Shown piece after piece: positions 14,464 to 29,029 of a stretch of DNA of 64,000 nucleotides. The stretch comes from Chrysomallon squamiferum (Eukaryota; Animalia; Mollusca): NCBI GenBank assembly GCA_012295275.1, contig CM022678.1, positions 17,980,001 through 18,044,000 on the forward strand, given 5' to 3'. The position numbers were made by a program, and so were the translations under genes. Each line of letters starts with the position of its first letter. Positions within the stretch are counted from its first letter, which is position 1. The notes below the pieces were generated by a model. That model saw only the letters and a list, made by a program, of their open reading frames with translations, ran no database searches and was not told the DNA's origin.

Positions 14464-14602
14464 GTTCGAGTCTCGTCAGCGGCATCTGACGGGTTTGTGA
14501 GGTCGTGATTGGACTTTGTCCTCCTGCGCCAGTGCGTTCCCAAATATTGTCTACGTGCAGAGTCTAGTCACACGTATACATAAGACAACAGAATTTCATT
14601 CC
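14464..14602 (+). mobile_element. tRNA-derived SINE-like fragment, copy A
   Basis: gttcgagtctcgtcagcggcatctga (B-box-like GTTCGAGTC) is identical to 16729-16754; a downstream taagacaa.agaat.ttcattc segment is also shared. Confidence 0.55.
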
Positions 14603-14699
14603 TAAATGCGCGCGCATACACCAAAACATGCATAATAATTATATTTCTCTTCTACAGAAAAATCTTAAAATTTAATTTAAAAAGAAAAAAAAACACAAA

Positions 14700-15017
14700 A
14701 AAAACGTCCAATCGCGTTCACTTGCTCTATTCGCGCATGCGCATCAGCCACAACGTGAAATACGTGCAAACAGCTTGTGAACACGGTGCAAGCAACGTGC
14801 TCATTTACAGAAAACGTTGTTTGCCGGATACTGCTGATACTACGGTAGTCTCCTAGGAGTTCCTATGACGTCAGTAATCATCCTTGGTTTCTCAAGCAAC
14901 CATGACGTCACAAATAAGGTCACAGTTACATTAGTAATCAGTGCATGCAATTTGTCCAGTTTCAACCGGAAAACATCATAACTGTGATATAATTTAGATT
15001 TTTTGACTGAGGTAAGA
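14700..15017 (+). promoter_or_regulatory. Candidate promoter and non-coding first exon
   Basis: CpG-rich patch with CCAAT (~14708), NRF1-like GCGCATGCGC (~14733), two TGACGTCA (14866, 14903), X-box-like GTTTCTCAAGCAAC (~14887), ETS-like ACCGGAAA (~14966) and a donor GAG|GTAAGA at ~15011. Confidence 0.4.
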
Positions 15018-15213
15018 AATATAGGGCTTTAAAATCAAAGGAATATTTGTCGAAAGAATTGATACGGAGAATGAATATAATTTACTTGTTATTCATATTT
15101 GAAAATTGCAAATGATAAATAAATAAATAAATAAATAAATATTACCAAATAAATTAAAATAAATAAATAATAATATTTCATATCTGGAGATATAATATTT
15201 GATATTTTTACTG

Positions 15214-15400
15214 TTTATGAGTACTCAAAATGTTTGAGTTTCTGTAGAACTGTATATAGTTTACGAGTACTCAAAATATTTGAGTTCCTGAAGAACTATT
15301 TATTGTTTATGAGTACTCAAAATGGTTGAACAACTTAAAGAACTGTTTATTGTTTTTGAGTACTCAAATTATTTGAATAATCTGAAGAATTATTTACATA
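15214..15400. repeat. ~46 bp tandem repeat, about 4 copies (gtttatgagtactcaaaatgtttgagtttctgtagaactgtatata-like)
   Basis: The gagtactcaaa core recurs four times at ~46 bp spacing. Confidence 0.8.
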
Positions 15401-16139
15401 CTGTTGTACAGACAATCTTAATTTATGCATATGTTTTGTCATGTCGTGTTTATGTTCTGTCATGTTTTGTCGTTTTTTTGTGGTTAAATAGACACACAGA
15501 CAGACAGACAGACAGATATATAGATAGAACATACATACAGTATAAATAAAATAAACAAATAAATTCAAAACAAATAAATAAATATGGCAGTTATGTAAAT
15601 ACAGAAATAAATACGAATGTAAATGAATAAGTAAGACATAACAAATTAACAGCGAAATAGCCAAACAACGAACCAAACAAACAACAAATAATAAATAAAT
15701 AAATAAATAAATGAATAAATAAATAAGGAATTGTAAACTGTATTGAACTCCTATTAAAAATTGTAAGTGAAATATAGACTATCGTGTTTTTTCAATAATG
15801 AATGGAACAGAAATAATTTATTCTGGAACTGAAATCGACATGTTTTAATAATCTCAGATAAATCCGATTCTACTAAAAACATAATAATAATAAAATTAAA
15901 TTAAATTAAATTATCTATATTTCTTTTTATTGTGAAACTATAATATCTTAAATATGGAACTCAAAATAGTTTAATCTGAAATACGAAAATTTTATATTAT
16001 AAAATATTATATTTATAAATTTCTATTCCAGTATTTTAAATTCTCAATTTCAGCATTTTAAATTCATAACTTTAGTATTTTAAATTCGATTCTTTAATAC
16101 CTATAATTTATCTATATTTATAGGTATGTATTTATGTGT

Positions 16140-16181
<42 letters not shown>

Positions 16182-16679
16182 ATACATTTTTATATATATA
16201 GTATATATTTATGTACATGTATACATATATATTTATGGGTAAATGTGTATATATTTATGTATATATTTATGAATATGTATATATTTACACATAGTTCATA
16301 CTTCTATATACTGTGATATATATATAATACTTATGTATTATTTTCAGAAGTTAAGAAAAGTGATGGAATAACCGGCCGTTAACCTATTTTTAAAAATATT
16401 TTTAAATTTAATTTATTTTTTTTATTAATATGAGTCCAGCCTTCTGACGTTAAGTGATGACGCACGCAATTTTCTCAAATTCACCTCTGTATCTCAGCTA
16501 CAGCTGTAACAGCGTCAAAGTACGAACTCTTTCAAATAATCGTTATAATCTACTTCAACAGATAAAATTGTTAATAATTACACTGATGTACAGGAAAAAA
16601 AGACACAGACAGACACAGAGAAACACACACACATTCATGCACAGACACACATAGACAAATTGAAAATCAGTCGCTTTGG

Positions 16680-16797
16680 TTGTCTTGGTGGCCAATTTGT
16701 GTACGGAAAACGGGCCAATAGGTAATAGGTTCGAGTCTCGTCAGCGGCATCTGAGATCTGTTTCAGTGAGCATATAAGACAAGAGAATATTCATTCA
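16680..16797 (+). mobile_element. tRNA-derived SINE-like fragment, copy B
   Basis: Weak A-box-like tggtggccaatttg, B-box GGTTCGAGTC, and 26 nt identical to 14464-14489. Confidence 0.55.
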
Positions 16798-16956
16798 AAA
16801 TTACAGACAGACAGACGTCAGACACACAGACAGAGACCGAGAGACAAAGGCCTCTAGAGAAATAAAGATACTGGTACAGAAAAAAACAGACAGTCACTCA
16901 CACAAAGAGATAAACAGACGCACAGAAATTTAGACATTGTTAATAACATGAAAAGA

Positions 16957-17051
<95 letters not shown>

Positions 17052-17493
17052 AACATAACTCTGATTTTTGAAGAATGTATTTTCACTATTATTATTATTT
17101 TCAATTTAACAGCCTATTTTAATTAATAATGAAATGTAACAATAAAAGATTACAGACGTAACATGTCTGACGTCGCAGTTTTTCAAAACGTCGTCGCCTA
17201 TGCGAAGTTTCTTACACTGTCGTCAGGAAAAATCGCTTCCAGACGACCACGTTGTCGAGGTTTTATAATAGTTTTATTTTATTATCATACACTTACCCAA
17301 ATAATAAAATAATAACTAGGTATTAATTTACGTTAATTAAACATTCATTTGTAGCACCAGTATTGATAAATAGTTGTTATATAATTATATTTTTTTAATT
17401 TATTATTATTTTTTTTTTATATATTAATGGAAACTAAATTTATTAACGTCATTACAGAAATATAATTACGTAGTCACATCAAACAACATATCT

Positions 17494-17635
17494 GATTGGG
17501 CAAATTAGACGTTGCCCAGGAAACAAAATTAGCATTAGTGTTAGTTGTTGCCGTGACTACAGACGAAAATATTTATATATTTGCCGGAAATGATCTGCTG
17601 CTATGGCAACAGTATTTTCGAAGTGGTTGCCAAAG
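17494..17635. promoter_or_regulatory. Cluster of RFX X-box-like motifs
   Basis: GTTGCCCAGGAAAC (17511-17524), GTTGCCGTGACTAC (17547-17560) and GCTGCTATGGCAAC (17597-17610), plus a reverse CCAAT and an ETS-like CCGGAAAT. Confidence 0.45.
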
Positions 17636-17982
17636 TTAGTTCGTATTAATGCAATCTGTGAACCTGTTGTGCACTTGCAATAGTACAATTTTCATATTTC
17701 CTTGATTATTCCTCATATAAACGAGCGACTGTACTATTAAATGATAAGTCTGTTCTTATCCATAGCAAGATAGATAAATAAATATATAAATAAAAGAAAA
17801 GAAAAGAAAAGAAAAAAAAAAAAAAAGAAAAGAAAAGAAACTAAATAAATAAATAAATAAATAAGTGTTCCGCATTCTTTCCTCATAAACTTTCTTTTAT
17901 ATCATTTCATATATATTTTTTTTATTTCTTAAATTTTATTTTATTCATCTATTTTGTTTCTTTTTCTTTTCCGTCTTTTCTT

Positions 17983-18033
<51 letters not shown>

Positions 18034-18579
18034 CTAATATTTAAATAGTTCATCTAGAATTATCTGACTATAAAATAACTATCCACATTTGAATAAATGA
18101 ATGAACGTTTTCAGCATTTTCTCTAACATCCCTAAGTATAATAACTAAACAAGAAAAATAAATTAATTAATAAAATTAAATTAAATAAATAAATATTTCA
18201 ATAAATAAAAGCCTTCAGCCAATATGATAAAATTACTTTTGTGACGATTATAATAATATTTATATATATTAATTATGAATGAGAAAAGTAACTAAGTAAG
18301 TCAATATAAAACCAAAGTTTTCGCCTAATTATGTGTTCTTACAATAAGAAGACTGCAACAGTTATTTCCCTTAAGACCTTAAATTAAAAAAAAAATGAGT
18401 GAAAGAATAATTCATATAAAAACAGATGACTTAGCCTGATTAGTGTTTTTGTTCCAAATGATCAAGATTGCAGCAGTGAATTCTCTTGTAACGTGGTTTA
18501 ATGAATGAATGAATAAACTAAAATAAAAATTGTTCCTGATGTGCAGTAACAATAACTGTATCATATGTAATGCTATTGC

Positions 18580-18627
<48 letters not shown>

Positions 18628-18789
18628 AACACGCACATTTATTAATTTTGTACATATCAACAGTTATATGTTTGAGGATGTCTTATAAATAAAATAGACA
18701 TGCGACTGTCCATCCATACTTCCATCCATTCATCCTTGGATCTTTACATACATTCATCCTTGGATCTTTACATACATACATACATATAC

Positions 18790-18826
<37 letters not shown>

Positions 18827-19267
18827 TATAATATATATACATACACACATAATAGTACACATATACACATATATATATATATATACAGAAACACATTCAT
18901 TAACGTACAGACACACACACACATACACACAGTTATACACTCTCGAACAGGGAGAATCAAACTCGGCCGTTCTGATTCCGCTGCGGATACGTCAGTTACA
19001 GCCTGAACGACAACAACAACAACATTCTGGAAACCTTCCCAAGCAGAGGCAGTGAAGAACTTTCTCCAAACTCTCGCTTATCAGGTTACCGAGCCTGACA
19101 AAAGTCGTGTTTTTTTTCAGAACTTGTTTTAAAATTAAAACACTCGTTTCTGTACTGGCTCTGACAGATTTTCGATAAAGAAGTATTATATTTCTTAGTT
19201 TTCTTTTTAATGTAATCAGTATACACGTGCATGAACAGATATATATATATATTTATTTATTTATTTA

Positions 19268-19316
<49 letters not shown>

Positions 19317-19412
19317 TTATTTATTTATTTATTTATTTATTTTTTAATTATATATGTGTGTGTATGTACATATATATACACATATATATATACAAAGAAA
19401 CATACACACTAA

Positions 19413-19455
<43 letters not shown>

Positions 19456-20741
19456 TATACATACATTCGTACACACGACACACTGTTGTTATAGCCTTTG
19501 TCAGACGTATGCTATATGAAACTTGTTGTTTGTGTTGTACTGTACATAGGTGTGTACACATATATACACACTTGACGCTAACCGATGATTTTTCTAACAC
19601 TTGATGTTTATTCACTCGCATAATTTTGTGACTTCATTAACATTAACACAAAGGTGCACACGATTAGAACAGATATGGAACGCAACATATATTCAAAAGT
19701 AGCTACGTAAGTAACACGCACCAAGCTATTATTTTGCATTATAATTAAAATATATAAACGAAATTACGGCTTGTCTCTTTCTGAAGTGCGTATTCCACCG
19801 TCTTTAAAAGCAAAGATGCTATAATTAAATTGCCCGTTTTGAGATACACCCTGAAAAACAAGGTACAACAGTTATGTGCCCCTTTTTTCTTCTAAAATAA
19901 TGGATTCTCGCCTGAAAGTTGTATCTACGTTAATTATGGTGCCTTTTACCCTGGTATTTTTTAACAGTCCCTTAAAGTTAGAATCTACTATATTTATCGC
20001 CCCTTATTTTTCAAAAATGCTGGATTTCCCTCCCCTTTTATTTATATGTATAAATATATTTTTTTAAAACATTGATTGCATTGAATGTTATATTCATCAC
20101 ATTTAATATTGGCCTTTTTTCTTCAGTTCTGGATCTGCACCTGAAAATTATTTATCATTAATTTTATCAGCTATTAGAAAAGAAAACTTTTTTTTTTTCT
20201 GCAGTTTCTTGGAACCAGTGTAAATAAATTCTTTGATTTATTTTACAGATGTTATTTACAGGCGTACTCAGCAGCAGGTGAAACGAGAAGAAGCTTGGTG
20301 AAAGAAACACAAATTAACTCAGGCTATGTTGCTGGGGAGTCACTCGCACACCTCTCGTTCTTCTTCTACCTGACGTCTGCTTTTCGCATCTTGCCTACAA
20401 CGTCGACGACGTCATCAACAACATCGTCTGCAGTGTGTTCATGCTGATCCAGTCATGATACTCTTAATGTGACATTTCGGAACTGTTCTTTCGCAAGACT
20501 TTTTTTTTTTTTTTTTTCTTCTTCTTTTTTTTTTTTTCTTTTCTTTTTCTTTTTTCTTTTTTTTTCCTTCGCTTGTTCGCTGGAACAAATGGAATGCAGA
20601 ACATTAGGAACTCTCTACTGTAGAAGATACAAAAAAAAAAACAACACAGAAAACAAAAAGAGTTTCGTGGATAACATCCGGGATCTTTGCGTGAACTGTT
20701 CGGAGAGGGAGTAAAAGGGCGTGGTGCCTCCTCGACCCAGA

Positions 20742-20859
20742 ATGGCGAGCCTGTGCACGGAAGCAGACGACAGATTGGCCGACTTTGACGTGGATAGCTT
20801 TCTTTCGCGGATGCAGAGTCGACCTTTGACCTTTAGTCGAAAAAAGTCGCTCTTACAAG
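20742..20859 (+). CDS. Probable first coding exon: MASLCTEADDRLADFDVDSFLSRMQSRPLTFSRKKSLLQ
   Basis: ATG in good context (agaATGG), coding-like composition, and a phase-1 donor AAG|gtatgt that joins in frame to the Ig exon (..LLQ-A-PEFLKRL). No signal peptide is evident. Confidence 0.65.
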
Positions 20860-20986
20860 GTATGTTGGAATGATAATCAGGAAGGTAATTGCAATAACAT
20901 TAATAGCAACAACAGCAATAACAGTAACAATGACGGCGACAACAGCAACACAAATTATAAATAATAATAATAGTAACAACAACGAC

Positions 20987-21017
<31 letters not shown>

Positions 21018-21223
21018 GTAACAACAACAACAACGACAATAATAATAATAATAATAACAATAACTAGGTTCTGTTTCCGAAGTGGCTTTATTAACAATAT
21101 TTATATAAGATAATTAATTATAACTCAAAAGATTTATAATAATCATAATATTGCATAATTAATGTCATTTGAAGATGCATTTTAACTTGTATTTATATTT
21201 AAGTCCAAATGCTTGGTGAGTTG

Positions 21224-21266
<43 letters not shown>

Positions 21267-21680
21267 TTTGGTCTTTGTTTGTTTGTTTGTTTTTTTTTTT
21301 TAACTAATTCTTTCTTTCATCATCATTAATTTATTTTAATTTTTAAATTATCTTTTTTGCATTTGCATATATGAATGTATGTATGTATGCATGTATGTAG
21401 ATAGGTAGATAAGTATGTGTATATGTATTTATATATGTGTATGTATATATGTATGTCTATATGAATGTGTATTTATATATATATATATATGTATGTATAT
21501 TAATGTATGTAAATATATTTAGATGTATGAATGTATGTTTGGATGAATGATTAGTGTAATTTATGTGTGATTATGTACGTGTTCTGTCTATGAGTGTAGT
21601 CAGTCTATTTCTTTGTCTGTTTCTGTGTTTCATGTGTGTGTGTGTTATGCATATATGTCTGTGTTTCCTTACATTATGTG

Positions 21681-21765
<85 letters not shown>

Positions 21766-22330
21766 ACAAAATCGTTTAACGCACTGATTACGAATGATTT
21801 TAGCAATTAAAGTTTGTTTTAAACCTATTTTCTTTAAAAACCGAGAGACTGTTTCAAAACATTTTAAGCCATCTTTTCCATTTACCGTTAAAAATTGTAA
21901 TAACGATCTTTACCCGGTCCAAAATACATAATAAAAAAAACAAAACTCAAGCTTTAATATCTCAAATCCAGATTACATGTCAGGTTGCTATTACACTTTC
22001 ACCGTAGATTTGCATCATTCCTGGAGAGTTTGTACGTCCGAATTATACATCTACGATTGCTTTGAAGAATAAATATTATCTCAACGCGTCACCGATATCC
22101 CCAAGAGGGCCTCACCGAAGGTTGTCGGCAGCAATGTACAATATTGAAGTTATTCTCCACTTGATGAAGAACATCAGCGCATGTTGTTGAGTGCTGACGT
22201 TCTAAACTGGTAAATACCAGCCTCGGTGTGTTTTATGGTTAAGACTGGAACTTATTCATTGAAGGATCTGGGATCGCTCCCCGCTTTTGGCTTTTTGTGT
22301 TGGATCTTAATTTTGGAATATAGTTTGTTT

Positions 22331-22364
<34 letters not shown>

Positions 22365-22560
22365 CCCCTTTCTGTATAATATTATTTTGATGCTGTGTAT
22401 AAAACTTTGGCTAATAATTCTCGCAGTGAATTTTTTTTTTTTTTTGGTATAATTTAGACTTGATTTGATTATTTTCAGTCTGTCATAAAACTGTTTACAT
22501 TATTGATTTAGTGAGTTTTTAATTGTATGCTTGACTGCACCCATTTAAAGAAAATACGAA

Positions 22561-22663
<103 letters not shown>

Positions 22664-23389
22664 CGTCTCGTACAAACCCTTCACATAAACATATGTGATA
22701 TATATATATTAAATATCACCCAGCACGCATAAATGCTTTGCACACTAACACTAAGCGATATCGCTGATATTAACACCAACATAACAAAGTCACTAACAAC
22801 CGTAATTCTCTAACTACTGACTTCACTCTTTAATCCAACAACCCTTTTGTTCCCAGTCCCCTGCTGAGCTTTACGTCACTCTGCAAGTAAACGTAAGTAC
22901 ACAAGCATTGAGATAAAGCAGAAAAACAAAAAAATAAATAAATACATTTCTTCTGAAACATTCCTTCGCTGCAACCTGCCAGTGAAAATCTGGCACACAC
23001 CCACGCAAAGATCAGGCGCTTGTATTCGGGCGAGTCCACTCATTTTTCAAGGGTTAGTTCAGGTGTTTTCCGAGGGCTGAATAATCCAAGGATATTTACG
23101 GGAGCTACAATTCCGAGAACGCTTTAAAAGCAGCAGACATTTTAACCGTAATAAATAGTACATGAATACTGCAGGCTCAAGGGAATTATACAATTATTAT
23201 GTGCACGATATTTTTGAATGTTAAAATAATGTGGACTTCCAAATGGTTCTGTTCTTTTCTCAGGTACAGAACCAGAGATTTTCAGGTCGTAAATTCTGAC
23301 CTCGTTATCATGATAAGATTAAAATATGGCCGACTCATCTAAACATTAAAAAGTAAAGATACTGGCACCAGTGGATTTTATAAATAAAT

Positions 23390-23496
<107 letters not shown>

Positions 23497-23682
23497 GCAT
23501 AACACAGATAATATTCAAAGACATATTATATACAACTACACAAACATATATACACACATGAATGCATACATACAGGCAAACATACATGCATACATACAGT
23601 GTGACACATACATATATAACATACATACATATATACATATATGCATTTATAATTTTAAGAAAGGCCTCGTGTGATACAATTA

Positions 23683-23753
<71 letters not shown>

Positions 23754-24334
23754 CTCACTCACTCACTTTCTCACACACACACAAACACAAACACACGCAC
23801 ACAAACAGGTAAAATAACAAACGTGTTTCCAGCGCATTCAGTTTCAGTCACAGGAACAAAAAACAAAAACAAAAACGACTGTTACCAAGCAAGAACTTCT
23901 ATTGATATCGCTGCCCGCCGCTAGACCCGCACCTTGTACACTGACAAACCCTTACCGCCAGCTAATGTATTGGACGATCTCCAGAAACGAAAGGTAATCT
24001 AAATAGGCTGCGATATTTCGAGTCGGCGATGACGGACTATAGAGTTACAGACGTTTGGCTTTATGTTTCGTGGTCTGAGAGTGCTGAAGAGAAATCCGTG
24101 TCCAATTAACGCGTTTTATTTATCTACTCTACGTGATGACGTAATAAATTGCTTATTACGTCAGTGGGTCATGAGGTTTTTGTTTACGTGAGTTTCTTGT
24201 GGCGGTGATTAGTTGGTTCATGTGTGCATTACGGACAGTAATTATACGTATATATTACACATTATCTATTATCATACCTACTTGTGTATCTACACACAGG
24301 CATATATAAAAACACACACACATCTATCTATCTA

Positions 24335-24375
<41 letters not shown>

Positions 24376-24554
24376 ATATATATTATATACACACATATAC
24401 ACAACGACACACATATATACACACATACTCACATACACACAAAATTTACTACTCCGTAGTTCTCTCCCTTCCGTTGTTGATTTGAAAATGTCAAACTGTG
24501 TTGTCGCAATATCATCAATAGTGTTGCTATTAGAAGTAGTAGTTATTGTTATTA

Positions 24555-24600
<46 letters not shown>

Positions 24601-24982
24601 TACTACTGTTATTATTATTATTGTTGTTGTTGTTGCCGCTGCTCTTGTCATCATCACCAACATGTTGTTGTTGCTATTATCATTATCATCACTATTAGTA
24701 TCATCAACGTCATCATCATCATCACAGATGTACACTATTAATAAAAGATGTAGCTAACCGTGTATTGTGTAACAGCATTCTGTAATATCAGACGTCTTCT
24801 CTCGATATACGAGTGACATTTTTCTCACCATCCTTTCTTCAGCAGCACGCCTCCTGTTACAGTTTGTGTTACACAGAGTTTCTTCATTATGTGTCACGTA
24901 AGAAGAAAAAATATTATATAACTGTTTTACTCTGACAGTACGTAGAGAACTGGTAAACAGACGTAGATAATGAGATGATGAT

Positions 24983-25026
<44 letters not shown>

Positions 25027-25135
25027 TGTAGTAGTAGTAGCAGTAATACATATATACATGCATATAAACATACACACATATATACACATACACAGGTACA
25101 TACATACATACATATGTATATATATAGAGAGAGAG

Positions 25136-25170
<35 letters not shown>

Positions 25171-26150
25171 TAGATAGATAGATAGATAGATATAGATATA
25201 GATATAGATAAATAGATATAGATATATATATACATACACAAACATACATACATACATACATACAACCATACACATTTACACAAAACATCATTTTATTAGA
25301 TCTATTATTAGCTTAGCGCACGAGAAGGATAATACAAACCCCCACATACATACTCACAGACAGACAGACAGACAAACAAGACACAGACACACACCCCCCC
25401 AAAAAAAAAAATATAGATTTGCACTTTCAGAGTCTACATTACCACTGCCTAAAGCTTCCGGTTTAGCAAAACTCAGTATATCACATGCGTATTTATTCTT
25501 CTTCTGTGAGCTTCTCTGTGTGTTTCAAAGTATTCGAAATCCTTTCATCACATTCGATCCTCTAAAATCCATTATCTTCTCAAGAGAACCTTTTTCAACA
25601 AAGGAGCAACCGACCATACTTGAAAGACATCTTTCGGAAACTCAAAACACTCTCTTAATGTCGCTCCCAGCTTATCAGCCAATGAAAAACGGTCACCGAT
25701 TCCCCGCGGGCCTGTTGCTTTCGTGATGCTACAATCTTGACTACTAGCTAGGTTTTCGGTAATCAATCTGTGGCGATTGTCGACGCTGGAGATGAAAAAT
25801 GCTCGTGTTGGAAAATAGTCTTGTTGAACAGCTCTTGTCTCGATTTCTTCAGAATCTCTTTTAACGTGTTTTCGCCGAAAGACAAATTGGCGGCCATGTT
25901 TAATTACATGTGAAATCGATCATTTGTATCTGCGAGGGAGAGCGAGGCGCAGATGATTAAAGTGCATGTAATTAGTTATTTGTTTGTCAGCTAATTTAAT
26001 TAATAAGAGAGAGAGAGAAAAAAAAAAGATTAACAGAGAGTAAGAGAGCATATTAGAGATAGAAGGATAATAAAAATGACAGAACAAGAATGAATGAGAG
26101 AGAGAGAAAGAACTTACTTCTTTCTTTCTTTCTTCTTCTTCTTCTTCTTC

Positions 26151-26229
<79 letters not shown>

Positions 26230-26357
26230 GTAAAAAGAAAACGTATTTCTTTCTTCTTTTCCGTTTTCTTCTTCTTCTTCTTCTTATCATCATCATCATC
26301 ATCATCGTCACCATCATCATTACTATTAAGAACACGTATGATGTTTTTTTCTTACAG

Positions 26358-26639
26358 CACCAGAATTCCTCAAACGCTTGACCGGGGAAGAAACGGTGAA
26401 GGAAGGTGAAGAACTGCGGCTGGAGCTGGAGGTGACGGGGATGCCCACGCCGGTGCTGCGGTGGTACAAGGACGACGAGGAGATCTTCGACCACCCGCGC
26501 ATCAACGTCAGCAGCAGCGGCGACGGCACGTACGTGTTCAGCATCTGTCGAATCACGAAAGGCGACGAGGCTGCGTACAGGTGCAGGGCGACCAACGACG
26601 AAGGTTCAACGTCGTGCACGTTCTTCTTGACCGTGAAAG
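26358..26639 (+). CDS. Immunoglobulin I-set domain exon (titin/MLCK/obscurin-type intracellular Ig)
   Basis: Acceptor ttacag| and donor G|gtgagt, 282 nt, phase 1-1; PEF...V.EG..L.LE..V.G.P.P.L.WYKD...D.A.Y.C.A.N..G I-set signature. Confidence 0.93.
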
Positions 26640-27377
26640 GTGAGTGAGTCAGCCGTCGTCGTCGTTCTGAATACATTATAATAATTAATAAAAGTTCATT
26701 TTAAAAATAAATGTTTAATGGTTAAAGCTTGGCAGTCATTGATGCCTTTGCTTGAACTGAAGGATATTTGTTTATTTATTTTATTGTTGTTGTTGTTGTT
26801 TTTCTTATGAAGAACGTCATTTCAGCGAAAAACTATAAAAAGATTGTTCACTTTATGAAATTCTGGATCCGTCCATTTTTTTTTTTTTTTTTTTTAGTTT
26901 GAATGTTTTTGGTTGGTTTGTTATTTTTTTGTTTACGGTTACCCAACCTTTATTAATAATGAAGCATTATTTAATAGGTAACTTGCCAGTTCTGCGGAAA
27001 ATCGTTTTCTCTGTATTATTTATATACTGGTGAAGTTAGGTTTTACGCATAAATGCAATGACAGCAACAACAGTGACAACAGTAACAACAACAACAACAA
27101 CAAAATACAAACGAAAATCAACGAAATAAATTAAAGTGTTTGTATTAGCGATATTCTTTTCCTAGAAAAGATTTCCTATCTCGCCGCCATTTCCGTGAGC
27201 CGTCCTTGACCTTTCGTCGCGCGTTATTGCACGAAAGCTAAGATAAATCTATCCGTTTTCGTTACACTCCTGTTATCGGAATCATAATGAGTTAAAGAAG
27301 AATGAAACCTGGGTGTCCGTGCTGTAATGACTTTCAAGACAGAAATTAGCCTCTAACGAGAAACTCACGATTAACGA

Positions 27378-27412
<35 letters not shown>

Positions 27413-28051
27413 GTTAGTTTACTTTAATGTTCGGAAACATGACACAGATTATCATTGATTTCTGTCGGCATTTCTTAATTTATTAGCTGTTTTTTTTTCA
27501 ATTAGTAACAGCTAAATGTTTCTAGAAGAGAGTACGTTCAGGCATATGTTGTTAGTTCAATCTTTATTTAGTTCTCAGTTTTTTTAGTTTTTTCTTTCTC
27601 TCAAATATGTACTCATTCACACATTCTGTCTGTCGTTATAAATGTTTCTGGCTTTTTGTGTCTGCCTTCCTGTCTATCTTTCTGTCTGACTGTCTATGTA
27701 TCTATCTCTGTCTGTTTTTCTATGTCTGTCTGTTGTCTGTCTGTCTGTGTCTGTCTATCTCTCTATCTCTCTATCTATCTATCTGTCTCTCTGTCTGTCT
27801 GTCTATATATCTATCTGTATGTCTGTCTGTCACTGTATCTCTATCTACCTTACATACTTACTTACATACTTACGTACGTACTTACCTATCGACATATCTA
27901 TCTGTATAAATATATATCAGGAGTGTATCTATCTATCTATCTATCTATCTATATTTTTGTGTGTGTCTCTTTCTACTTATCTATCTATCTATCTATCTAT
28001 ATATATATATATATATATGTATGTATTTCATTCTGTTTCTTTCCTTTGCTT

Positions 28052-28126
<75 letters not shown>

Positions 28127-28649
28127 AAACGATCACGATCATCACATCATCATCATATGTTATTATCACAGAGACATTAACTTGTGTTCAGAAAAAAGTG
28201 TTTAACGTAGCCGAAGTAATGACAGTAGCAGACGATAACGACTAAACCTGCAGACGTTGATCTGTTACAGTTATTGATCGGAAGTGTCGATAAACAGTAC
28301 ATGTCGATAGAGATAAACATCGAGGCCTGTTTCCGGTTGGCTGGTCTCGTGGTAATTGTAAACTGGGGCTATTTCACCAGGAACATAGACGGCGCTGATT
28401 CCTGGTTATCTGCAGCCGAACTTTGAAAAAAAAAAAAAAAAAGAAAGAAAAAAAAAAAAAAAAAAAAAGAGGTTAAATGTTTAGAGTGCCAAGCTTTGTA
28501 GCACGAAGAGCATGTTAATGGATTTTTGTTGTTGTTAGGTTTTCGAATAGCGTAAAAATATCAATAGCAGTGGTAATAAAAACAACAACATTGCTACTAC
28601 TACTGATTCCGCTGTTGTCGCTACCGATCTGGTAGTAATAACTGTAGTT

Positions 28650-28712
<63 letters not shown>

Positions 28713-29029
28713 TATTAGCAATAGGAGTTTTAAAATTAGCAGTAGTAGTAATAATAATAGTATTCGTATTAACAGTAGTAGTGGAAATAGATGAAGCATC
28801 TGCAGCAATAATAATTTATAGTGGTACTAGTAGTCGTAGTAGTAGTAGTAGTAGTAGTAGTAGCAGCAACTGCAGCAGTAGTAGTAGTAGTAGTAGTAGT
28901 AGTTGTTGTTGTTGTTGTTGTTGTCTCTGTTGCTGTTGTAGCAGTTGAAATATGAAACTTTTTCCACGTTTAGAAAAGTATTTATATCACATTTCCGATT
29001 TGCCATTCATCAAGGAAAATATTGAGAGT

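Noticed and set aside
19830-20145. Possible interspersed repeat ending ttctggatctgcacctg (similar words at ~26860, ~35880 and ~53320)
   Set aside because: It looks like a decayed repeat, but I could not define termini, a target duplication or an alignable second copy.
25520-25766. Non-repetitive short ORFs (25520-25726 +, 25572-25766 -) as extra exons
   Set aside because: No recognisable domain and no phase-compatible splice sites linking them to neighbouring exons.
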